64,000 bases of DNA from NCBI GenBank assembly GCA_963721015.1, contig CAVRHM010000006.1, positions 914,154 to 978,153 of the forward strand. The letters are read 5' to 3'. Position 1 is the first letter of the stretch. Each line of letters opens with the position of its first letter. A model generated the notes under the pieces. That model had not been told where the DNA came from and did no database searches. It saw only the letters and a list, made by a program, of their open reading frames with translations. This document shows positions 38,757 through 47,301 of this stretch, piece by piece. This stretch comes from an uncultured Chloroflexia bacterium (GTDB taxonomy: Bacteria > Chloroflexota > Limnocylindria > Limnocylindrales > CSP1-4). The translations under genes and the position numbers were made by a program.

Positions 38757-40203
38757 TCAGGCCTGTTCGGGCGCCGCCGCGGTCGCCGACGCGGTGGCCG
38801 GCAGGGCGGGCACGGCCGGGATCGTCGTGGCCGTCGGGCTCGGGTCGGGCGCTCCGCCGGTCATCCGCGCAGCGGCCTGGCCGATGAGCGGGATGGGCCG
38901 CGGCTGGACGGTCCGGCCGGGGTCGGCCACGCCCTCGACGTGGTGGGTCCGGACGAACGCATCGACGACGACCGGGTCGAACTGGATGCCGGCGAACTTG
39001 CGCAGCTCGGCGAGGGCCTGCTCGGCGGTCAACGGGGTCATCCGGTACGGGCGGGCCGCCGTCATCGCCTCGAAGGCGTCCGCGACGTGGAGGATGCGCG
39101 CGAGCTTCGGGGATCTCGTCGCCGATGAGGCGGTCCGGGTAGCCCGAGCCGTTGTACCACTCGTGGTGGTGGCGGATGATCGGCAGCTCGGGCGCCAACT
39201 TCGTGACCGGGGCGATGATCTCCGCGCCCAGGACCGGGTGCGCGTTCATGATCATCCGCTCCTCGCGGTTGAGGCGCTCCTGCTTGAGCAGGACGTTGTC
39301 CGGTACGCCGATCTTGCCGACGTCGTGGAGCAGACCGCCCCACTCGAGCGCTTCCACCTCGGCGTCGTTGACGTGCATGACTTGCCCGATGTCGACCGCG
39401 ATCTCCTTGACCCGGACGCTGTGCATCGCCGTGAACGGATCGCGCTTGTCCACCGCCTCGGCCAGCGCGCCGATCGTCTGGGTGAACATCTCGCGCATCT
39501 CGACGAAGCGCCGGTATGCCATCCGCGTCGAGTACAGCGGGATGGCAAACAGAGCGGTTGCCCACCACTGCACGACGTAGATCACGGACATCAACCACGC
39601 TAGCGGCGCGAGGGCAAAGACGCCGCCCATGATTCCTCGGATGTCGCCGATGAACACGTCTCGGGGCGATTGGCCGGTTCGCAGCCCGATTGCGGTGGAA
39701 ACGAGCGCCAAGTTGCCCACGATGAAGATCACGGCTGCGGCCATTGCCGACGCGAAGTCAGACGCAACACCCGGAAGGTACTCAAGCCATACGTGGCGGG
39801 TCACACCGGCAACGACCGCGGGTAGAACCAGTGCCGCGTGGTTGGCAAGAGTTCCATACCAGGGGACCTTTCCCCTGATCTCGCGAAGCTCCGTGGTGCC
39901 GATTAGTGCGACCCAGCCCGCGACGGCAGGCCCACCGAGGAACATCGAGCCCATGATCGGAGCGATCGCGACAGCCTGTTGTGTGCCTCGGGGCAACTGA
40001 ACAGGGAACGCCGAACTCACGAGTGTGAGCCCGATCCAATAGGCAACCCCCAGGGATGTCGCCACGCCCGCTGGGAGTGTGCGGGCCCCGTCGAGCTGGA
40101 TCGCGATAGCTGCAGACGGTTCAAAGAGAATTGTCGAGGCCATTAGCGCCAAGGCGCCAATGGCCACGACCGCGATGATGTACAGCTTCAATGAGACCGG
40201 CAT
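38757..40203 (-). CDS. Membrane-bound HD-GYP domain protein (putative c-di-GMP phosphodiesterase), frameshift near 39105
   Basis: About 6-7 N-terminal TM helices; DKRDPFTAMHSVRV, LLHDVGKIG, HHEWYNGSGYP, ILHVADAFEAMTAARPYR, QFDP. Confidence 0.9.
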
Positions 40204-40276
40204 TGCTGCCTCGTACGACCCAATCCCCGCTTCACTCTAACCCGTTGTCAGACGGCGCGGTAATGGGACATCCGTA

Positions 40277-40366
40277 CTAGAAGCCTCTAAGCGAAGCCCC
40301 CCCAGCGAGTGCGATCATCGCCACGCTAGAAAGCGTGATTGCGATACGCATAAGTTTGGCCTTCAT
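40277..40366 (-). CDS. 29-aa signal-peptide-like precursor MKAKLMRIAITLSSVAMIALAGGASLRGF
   Basis: Basic n-region, hydrophobic h-region, LAGG then a short tail; first gene under the riboswitch. Confidence 0.7.
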   Translation of the reverse strand: MKAKLMRIAITLSSVAMIALAGGASLRGF

Positions 40367-40450
40367 CGTGGTAGCTCGACTACCAGGCCTTGGCGGACTC
40401 GGGTGCCACGCTCGTTCCTCCTTCGCGGCCTCCGTGCTCCGAAAAGCACG

Positions 40451-40480
40451 AAAACCGACCAGACTCATGGTCGGTCGGTT
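40451..40480 (-). terminator. Intrinsic terminator (riboswitch expression platform)
   Basis: Minus strand AACCGACCGACC-ATGAGTCT-GGTCGGTTTT; the stem uses the 3' end of the aptamer. Confidence 0.7.
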
Positions 40481-40565
40481 GCACTACTTGCTCCGCCTCA
40501 CCCTAAGTGCCCATTTCAGGTGAGGCATCGGCGCGTCCGAGCGTCTTGACGTTGCTTCCTAGTAC
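40470..40565 (-). ncRNA. c-di-GMP-II riboswitch aptamer
   Basis: Minus strand GGAAGC...GCCTCACC-TGAAATGGGCACTTAG-GGTGAGGC-GGAGCAAGTAGTGCAACCGACC. This matches the class-II landmarks GGAAAC / AAAU-GGGCACUU / GAG-UAGUAGUGCAACCGACC, including GGGCAC-GTGC pseudoknot complementarity. Lies upstream of an HD-GYP gene. Confidence 0.8.
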
Positions 40566-40587
40566 TGGGGTACTAGCAAGTGGCCGG

Positions 40588-40617
40588 ACTTTACGGATGC
40601 CGGAGTAGTACGGTCAA
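40588..40617 (-). promoter_or_regulatory. Putative promoter of the riboswitch-peptide operon
   Basis: TTGACC-N18-TAAAGT just upstream of the aptamer. Confidence 0.5.
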
Positions 40618-40636
40618 TACGGCACCTTACCTATCC

Positions 40637-43600
40637 CTACAGGGATTCGAGGGGGATTGGCTCTGTGCCGAGCTCGTCGCGAACGTAATTGGCATAGTGT
40701 CCGTACTGTTCGGCGGCAGCCGCGTGAGCTCCCGTCGCTCGGTACAGGCGAAGCAGCGCAACCTCGACCTGCTCAGCATCCGGATCCACTTCTAGGGTGC
40801 GTCGGGCAAGCGCAATCGCGCGATCGTAGTGACCGGATCCGAAGTCAGCCCTGACCGCGCGTTCCAGGATCTCGAGGTAGGCGGCATGGAGACCGTCGCG
40901 GTACGCACTCGACCACTCTTCGTACTCGAAGTCCATCGCGAAGCGGCCACGATACAAATCCGCCAGAGAGGCTATGTCGGTTGGGCTCGAATGGGCCGTG
41001 ATCTGGCGGATGAAGACTCGGCACTGGATCGACCTGCTTGTCACCAACTCCGGATCCAACCACACGACGTCACCGTCGTGATGAACGTATCCCGGTGACA
41101 AATCCTCCGCAAAGTCTTCCTCAAATACGCGGCGGAGGAAGTAGATGGTCTGGTTAAGCGAGTTGACAGCGACATCCGGATCCTGTTCAGGCCAAAGAGC
41201 ATCGAGGACTTGGTCTCGGGTCGCGGAGGAATTCGGTCGCGTCAGGAGGAAGCAAAGTAATGCTAAGACTTTGCGCCGAATCGAGGACCCTGCGACCTCT
41301 GAGTCTCCGATCCGGATGGCCGTTCGGCCCTGGTCTTCCACGAAGACTCGATCTGCAAGCCGGCGTGCGAGAGTTCGGCCAAGCATGGCCACGTAGCGCC
41401 GCCGCTTGACTCCTCGGGCGAACTGCCGAAGGAGGGCGATGTCGGCCTTTTCGCCGATCTCCTCGAGCATCTCGGCGGCTCGGAGGCGCTCGGCTCTGGG
41501 TTCTTGCACCAGCTTCCGCAGCACGGCGCGCCAGCGGTCTGGATGAAGGCGCGCCGCCCGCAGGGCCACATCTACGGCTTCATGTGTCAGGTCGTCGAGA
41601 CGATCGGCGACAAGGTCTGCGACCGCTGTGATGTGCCATAAGTGGTCATGTCCGATGACTACCAGGGATCGCGAAGCGGCTTCAGGGCTGGTGGCAAGTG
41701 CCTGAAGGATCTCGCCGATGCGCCTGTTCGCATAGAGGCCCGATCCAGTCGCGGACTGCTGAGCTTGAGTGAGGATCCCACGACTGTGGCCCGCGTCAGT
41801 GAACAGGTCGCATTGGGCGACAAGCAAGTCTCGACTCGACGCGATGCCGACCATCGTCGCGACACCTTCGGGGTATTGCCTGAGAATGGCGCGAGCCTCA
41901 GTTGGGCGGCCATCGCGAAGCGCCATGCGTGCGGCGGTCACCACCCATAGCCGACGTTCCGCAACCGACTGGGTCGACAGGTCGCCGACGCGTTCAAAGA
42001 GCTGAAGCGCTGTATCGGGGTTGCCCCATCCATCGAACGCTTCCGCGGCTTCGAGGAGAACGTCGTTCTCGAGAGCGCCGCCGCCGCTCAAGAGGCCGTC
42101 GAGGAGCGCCAAGGCCTCCGAGAGTCGACCGAGTCGTGCCAGGACGGATATGAGGAGCGCCGTGGCTGCGTTCCGTTCGAGCTTGGACGACGTGTCGCCG
42201 AACGCTTCCAATGCCTCTCCAACCTCGCGCTCAGCATCGGCAAGTCGGTCCTGTTGGACCGAGATCGTGGCGAGGTTGTACATCGAGACACCAAAGTGAT
42301 GGACCTGCGCATCTCGCTGGTCCTTGGCCATCGATCGGAGCAGTCGGATTAGGGACTCGATGTCGGCAGCTGTCTCGAGTCGGAGGAGCGCAGCGGAGGC
42401 TCTCGCGATCGATCGCAGGTTGGGGTCGGAAGTCGTCGACTCAAGGTGGTCGGCCAGTACGAGTGCCCGCTCCCCGTATCCATAGTTGAAGCTGACAGCG
42501 AGCAGATTCAGCATCGCGTGGTCGCGTTCCACAGGGCCAGCGGAGGCGGAGTCCAGCACCGCCTGGGCTGCGGCCGTTGCTGCTTCGAAGTCGCCCTCCT
42601 GGTAGTCGATCCGCCCTTTGATGAGTTGTGAGCCAGGCGGCATGATTTCGCTTGGGGCGTCGACGACGAAGGCTGCGGCGAGCGAATACTGGGCGTTGCC
42701 CATGATGGTCGGGACCGCGTCGTTGATGACGTCCAGCATGGTCTGGAGGTCGTGGGCCTCGCGATAGTGGTGGGCCGCGACGCGCCAGTCGGTCGAGGCT
42801 GCGGCCGCGCCGGCCCGACGGTGGAGATCGTCGACGTCAGCATCCCCATCCGCGGATCGGAGGCGGGCCTCGAGGAACTCGCGGACGAGCGGGTGATAGC
42901 GAAGATGGGTCCGCGGCCCGCCGGACACTCGACTCAACAACGTCAATCGCTCGGCGTCGATCGTCAGCCGGGCGACCTCCGGTCCCGGTTCGTCGCTGAC
43001 CACCTCGGCCATCTCCGGCGTAACGATCTGAAGGACCGACGTGGTCATGAGGAAGCGCTGGAGGTCCTCGGGCAGGTCGCCGACGACCTCCTCGGCGAGA
43101 TAGTCGTAGAGGTCACTGTCCGCGCCGCTCAGGTCGCGCACGAATTGGCGGATCTCCCTGGGCGTGCGATTGCGCAGGGCGGCCTGGACGAGCTGCAAAG
43201 AGGCGATCCACCCCTCCGTCCGGACGGCTAGATCGCGCAGGATGTCCGGCTCGATGGACCGGCCGTAGGTCTCGGTGAACAGCAGGGCCGTTTCGCTCGC
43301 GTCGAACCGGAGGTCATCCGTGCCGACCTCGGCGACCTCGCCGACCGCGCGAAGGCGCCCCAGCGGTATCGTCGGCGCGCGACGGCTGGCGAATGCGATC
43401 GTCAACCGCTCTGGCGCTCGAGCCACCAACTCCCGAGCGACGTAACGCGCGTCCGGTGCGTCGTCGACGAGGTGGAAGTCGTCGAAGATCAGGAGGGCGC
43501 CACCCTCTACCATCGCCGACAGTTCGCGGACGAACGTCTCGACGACAGCGTCTCGGGTCGGCCCGCCGACGCCGATCTCGGCTAGAAGGGAGGCCGTCGT

Positions 43601-44080
43601 CGGCGCGAAGCCCGGCTCATGCTCCCGGCCGGCGGCGACAAGGTGGTGGAGGATCGAGGTCCAGTCGCGATCGTCCGCATCCAGTCGATACCAGAGGGTC
43701 CGGACGCGGGTCCGACGCGAGAAGTCGGCGAGCAACGTCGTCTTGCCGAAGCCAGCGTCAGCGATGAGCAGGATGACCCGATGGTGGAGCTTGGCGGCCA
43801 GCCAATCGAGCAGTCGTGGTCGCGCCAGCGTCTCGTCACGGAGCGCGGGCGGCTGGACCTTCGCGAGCTGGACGGGGAATCCGACGACCTCGTCGCGCAG
43901 GGGTCCACCTCTTCCAAGCGGGACCACGCCAGACGCCGGGCCCATGCCGACGTCGGCTGGCGAGCGACTCACCGACGCCCGGGCTGACGCCAGCTGTCCG
44001 AGCGGCGCGAACGATACCGAGCGCTCCGGAGGAGCGTCAACGGAGGCATCCAGGACTGTGCGTTCCCGCATCTTCGACAT
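40637..44080 (-). CDS. MalT-like STAND ATPase-TPR regulator with C-terminal SARP (winged helix + BTAD)
   Basis: ADAGFGKTT Walker A, LIFDDFH Walker B, TEGWIASLQL, YHPLVREFL; C-terminal RRKVLALLCFLL...DQVLDALWPE, LYRGRF, VDPDAE...LLRLY. Confidence 0.88.
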   Translation of the reverse strand: MSKMRERTVLDASVDAPPERSVSFAPLGQLASARASVSRSPADVGMGPASGVVPLGRGGPLRDEVVGFPVQLAKVQPPALRDETLARPRLLDWLAAKLHHRVILLIADAGFGKTTLLADFSRRTRVRTLWYRLDADDRDWTSILHHLVAAGREHEPGFAPTTASLLAEIGVGGPTRDAVVETFVRELSAMVEGGALLIFDDFHLVDDAPDARYVARELVARAPERLTIAFASRRAPTIPLGRLRAVGEVAEVGTDDLRFDASETALLFTETYGRSIEPDILRDLAVRTEGWIASLQLVQAALRNRTPREIRQFVRDLSGADSDLYDYLAEEVVGDLPEDLQRFLMTTSVLQIVTPEMAEVVSDEPGPEVARLTIDAERLTLLSRVSGGPRTHLRYHPLVREFLEARLRSADGDADVDDLHRRAGAAAASTDWRVAAHHYREAHDLQTMLDVINDAVPTIMGNAQYSLAAAFVVDAPSEIMPPGSQLIKGRIDYQEGDFEAATAAAQAVLDSASAGPVERDHAMLNLLAVSFNYGYGERALVLADHLESTTSDPNLRSIARASAALLRLETAADIESLIRLLRSMAKDQRDAQVHHFGVSMYNLATISVQQDRLADAEREVGEALEAFGDTSSKLERNAATALLISVLARLGRLSEALALLDGLLSGGGALENDVLLEAAEAFDGWGNPDTALQLFERVGDLSTQSVAERRLWVVTAARMALRDGRPTEARAILRQYPEGVATMVGIASSRDLLVAQCDLFTDAGHSRGILTQAQQSATGSGLYANRRIGEILQALATSPEAASRSLVVIGHDHLWHITAVADLVADRLDDLTHEAVDVALRAARLHPDRWRAVLRKLVQEPRAERLRAAEMLEEIGEKADIALLRQFARGVKRRRYVAMLGRTLARRLADRVFVEDQGRTAIRIGDSEVAGSSIRRKVLALLCFLLTRPNSSATRDQVLDALWPEQDPDVAVNSLNQTIYFLRRVFEEDFAEDLSPGYVHHDGDVVWLDPELVTSRSIQCRVFIRQITAHSSPTDIASLADLYRGRFAMDFEYEEWSSAYRDGLHAAYLEILERAVRADFGSGHYDRAIALARRTLEVDPDAEQVEVALLRLYRATGAHAAAAEQYGHYANYVRDELGTEPIPLESL

Positions 44081-44142
44081 GGTGCTTGGAAGCGCTCAAC
44101 GCGCGGTTATCTGCAGCGCGCCGTGCCTGACCGGTCGCCGCC

Positions 44143-44346
44143 CTAGCCCTCGTATTCGAAGCCGATCTTGACTTCGACCCGGTACTCGACGATCTCGCCG
44201 TCCTCGACCCGGGCGCTCGACTTCACGACCTCGACCGTCTGGATGTTGCGGACCGTCTTGGACGCCGTGGCGACGGCCTGGCGGGCGGCGTCGCTCCACG
44301 AGCGCGGACTCGTGCCGACCATCTCGCGGATGATGATGACGCCCAC
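44143..44346 (-). CDS. Dodecin-family protein
   Basis: EMVGTSPRSWSDAARQAV..ASKTVRNI....V...VEDGEIVEYRV..KIGF. Confidence 0.88.
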   Translation of the reverse strand: MGVIIIREMVGTSPRSWSDAARQAVATASKTVRNIQTVEVVKSSARVEDGEIVEYRVEVKIGFEYEG

Positions 44347-44448
44347 GACCGCACCTCCAGAAGGACCGCTCGGCGACCGGCCGCCATCATGCCAGAGGCC
44401 GGTCCGTCGCCGGGCCGGCCTCGAGTTCGCGCGGTAGAAGTCGCGTGG

Positions 44449-44760
44449 TCAGGCGTGCGCGGGCGTGGACTCCTCCAACGTGCCGGCGCGGACCTTGTCG
44501 AAGCAGGAGCTGCAGTAGACCGGTCGGTCGTTGCGCGGCGCGAACGGCACGACGGCCTGGCCCCCGCAGGCGCCGCAGATCGCGGCATGGAACTCGCGCG
44601 GGCCCTCACCCGATCGAGCCCGCTTGGCGGCCGCTCGACACGACGGGCATCGCTGCGGGTCGTTCGTGAGGCCTTTGCTGGCGTAGAAGGCCTGCTCCCC
44701 AGCCGAGAAGATGAACTCCTCGGAGCAGTCCCGGCAAGGCAGCGTTCGGTCCTGGTACAC
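44449..44760 (-). CDS. Zinc-ribbon / CxxC-x17-CxxC domain protein
   Basis: GTG after GGAGAGG; DRTLPCRDC.EEF.FSAGEQAFY..KG..N.P.RCP.CR and CGACG....VPF.P...RPVYCSSCF. Confidence 0.88.
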   Translation of the reverse strand: MYQDRTLPCRDCSEEFIFSAGEQAFYASKGLTNDPQRCPSCRAAAKRARSGEGPREFHAAICGACGGQAVVPFAPRNDRPVYCSSCFDKVRAGTLEESTPAHA

Positions 44761-45102
44761 CCTCTCCAGACCCTCCAATGCTCGGACGCCATGACGGTCG
44801 GAGTCGCCGGGCACACATAGCGCAGGGGCCGGTGAGCCGGTCGCGTCTGGAACGGGGCGCGCGCCCGGGTCGGTCCGGGTCGTGCCCAGGACTCTTAGCG
44901 GAGACGATACGCGCGGCGTCAAGGGGTTCTGGGGCCTCGTCCCGGTGCCGGATACGGGTCGGATATGCGACCCTCGCCGCGGTGCCGAGTGAGCACGGGT
45001 CGAACGGAGGGATCGATGGCCATGACGGGGGTGGTGCGCGAGGGCACCGACGGACCACGAGGCGGGCCGGAACCGGTGGCGGGGACGCCGCGTCCGGCGG
45101 CC

Positions 45103-46020
45103 ATGTCACATCACCGACGCCGTTCCCTCAGCCTGCTCGCCACGCCCGTGCTCGTGCTCGCGGTCGCGGCCTGTTCCACGTCCGGCGGCGCGTCGCCGGC
45201 GGCCAGCACCGACACCTCGGGGCCCTCGACCGCGCCGTCCGGAGCCCCCACCAGCTCGGGCGCCATCGAGCATCCGACCGGCGCGACCGACGTCATCCTT
45301 CGCTACGAGGAGGGCGGCGGGTTCGTCATGCCGGCGTTCACGGCCAGCCAGATCCCGCACTTCACCCTGTACGGCGACGGCACGATCGTCTATCGCGATC
45401 CGGCTGCGGAGCTGCCGCCGGCCCAGGGCTCGGTGTTCGTCATGAACCCGGCCCGGACGGCCACGCTGACCGAGGACCAGATCCAGGAGCTGCTCGCTTT
45501 CGCGCTCGGGGAAGGCGGCCTCGCCGCGGCCCGGCCGGAATACCTCAATCAGATGATCGCGGACGCCTCGACGGCGATCTTCACGATCGACGCCGGCGGG
45601 CTCCAGAAGATGGTCTCCGTGTACGCGCTCGGCCTCGAGATGGAGAACGATCCGGACGGGCCGGCCCGCCTGGCCTTCAAGCGGCTCGCCGAGCGGCTCG
45701 TCGGGCTCGAGGGCGGCGGGGTCATCACCGGGGCCGACTACACGCCCGAGGGCTATCGGGTGACCCTGCTCGAGTCGCCCGGTGCCGTGGCGCCGGATGT
45801 CCGGGCCTGGCCGTGGGCGGACGTCGCGGTCACCGACTTCGTCCCGTCCGTCGATCCGAACGGCCCACAGTTCCCGCACCTGACGATGACGTCGGAGCAG
45901 CTCGACCAGCTCGACATCACCGACTACGAGGGCGGCTTCCAGGGCCTGCTCATCACCGGCCCCGACGGCAAGACCTACACGCTCGCGGCGCGGCCGATCC
46001 TTCCGGGTGAGTCTGGATGA
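45103..46020 (+). CDS. Lipoprotein of unknown function
   Basis: Lipobox AVAAC; Ser/Thr/Pro-rich linker; FTLYGDG.IVY motif. Confidence 0.7.
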   Translation: MSHHRRRSLSLLATPVLVLAVAACSTSGGASPAASTDTSGPSTAPSGAPTSSGAIEHPTGATDVILRYEEGGGFVMPAFTASQIPHFTLYGDGTIVYRDPAAELPPAQGSVFVMNPARTATLTEDQIQELLAFALGEGGLAAARPEYLNQMIADASTAIFTIDAGGLQKMVSVYALGLEMENDPDGPARLAFKRLAERLVGLEGGGVITGADYTPEGYRVTLLESPGAVAPDVRAWPWADVAVTDFVPSVDPNGPQFPHLTMTSEQLDQLDITDYEGGFQGLLITGPDGKTYTLAARPILPGESG

Positions 46021-46128
46021 CCGGATCTCGCGCCGGAGGGAGGCCCTCGCCGTGCCAGGTGCGGCCCCGGGATCGGTCTCCTCGCTAGTCTTTGGGCAAG
46101 ACCCGCAGGGTCAGGAGGACGCTGAGGC

Positions 46129-46539
46129 ATGACCGAACGCGACGATTTCCTAGCCTGGGTCAAGTCCGCGCTCTACGACGCAGAACGCGCCCTGCATGAC
46201 GGCGACGCGGCGCCACGTAGGGCGCTGTGGTCCCGCAGCGAGCCCGTCAGCGTCCTGGGAGCGATGCGCAACGCCATCGGCCAGCAGGAACTCGACGAGC
46301 TCTTCACTGCCCTTGGACGGAGCTTCTCCGACTGCACCTCGTATCGGTTCGAGGTCGAGGCATACGACGTGGTGGGCGACATGGCGTACACCGCCGGGTT
46401 CGAGCACACGTCGGCGTCGATCGACGGCCAACCCCGGAGCTACATCCTCCGGGCCACCCAGGTGTATCGCCGCGAGGGCGGCGATTGGAAGGTTGCACAT
46501 CGGCATGCCGACACGGTGACCCGTGATGCCCCTCCCTAG
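46129..46539 (+). CDS. SnoaL/NTF2-like (DUF4440-type) protein
   Basis: SD AGGAGG; GDMAY, RATQVYRREGGDWKVAHRHAD. Confidence 0.82.
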   Translation: MTERDDFLAWVKSALYDAERALHDGDAAPRRALWSRSEPVSVLGAMRNAIGQQELDELFTALGRSFSDCTSYRFEVEAYDVVGDMAYTAGFEHTSASIDGQPRSYILRATQVYRREGGDWKVAHRHADTVTRDAPP

Positions 46540-46647
46540 CAGGCTCGTGGCTTGCCGCGGACGGACAGTGACTACTGGTCGGCCGGTTAGACGTGGATCG
46601 CGATGATGCGGGCACGGGATCGGATGCCGGCAGGGAGCGCGTAAGCC

Positions 46648-46998
46648 GTGGATCGCCGGTCCGTCCTGCGCGGGGTGCTGTTGGCGCTCGCCGCGTTCGG
46701 TGCCGTCGGCTGCGTGCCCATCAACGAGGCCGTCACGGGCCGCGATCTGGACTGTCGGAATGCGTCCGAAGACGTATGTCTACGCGCCGCCGACTTCGGG
46801 TGGTCCCTTATCGGAATGGAAGCCGAGGCCCAGCTGGTCGAGCCGATCACGACCGTCATCGTGACGTCGGTGGATTGCAAGGTGGTGCCGGCCCCTCGGG
46901 CCTCCCGCTGCTGGGATGTCGCCTTCGAAACTGACGGGGGATCTGGCATGAGCACGTTCGTTCAGGAACTCTCCGGCGGCGCGTTCGCTGCACCCTGA
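46648..46998 (+). CDS. Small Cys-containing putative lipoprotein
   Basis: MDRRSVLRG..LALAAFGAVGC lipobox; four further Cys residues. Confidence 0.55.
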   Translation: MDRRSVLRGVLLALAAFGAVGCVPINEAVTGRDLDCRNASEDVCLRAADFGWSLIGMEAEAQLVEPITTVIVTSVDCKVVPAPRASRCWDVAFETDGGSGMSTFVQELSGGAFAAP

Positions 46999-47301
46999 GA
47001 CGGGACAGGCCGCCCTCCGCGTGGCGTGGAGGACGGCCTGGTTCCTGGGTAAGGCCCCGTCCCCCACATCGCCGTAGGTGATGTCTCTTCGGGACCCTAT
47101 CAGCAACAACGAACCAGGTCGGTTGTCGTTACGCCCTCACCGTCACAAGGGCGCGCGCCCCAAAGCCCGCAGTGGTTCGGCTCCATGCCCGCTCCGCAGA
47201 TAGCCGTCGGCGTGGCGGGCCGAGTTGTTGGCGCGGTACCGTCGGGTCGGCTACGCCGCCCGCAAGGCTCCGCGTCCGATGGGCCGAGTCGTAGTAGCGA
47301 C

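Noticed and set aside
39540-42750. Prophage or IS insertion as the cause of low GC
   Set aside because: No transposase, integrase, terminal repeats or target duplication; boundaries lie within continuous reading frames.
47000-47300. tRNA, SRP, tmRNA or group II intron remnant
   Set aside because: No cloverleaf, T-loop, SRP GNRA/GGAA core or domain V consensus recognisable on either strand.
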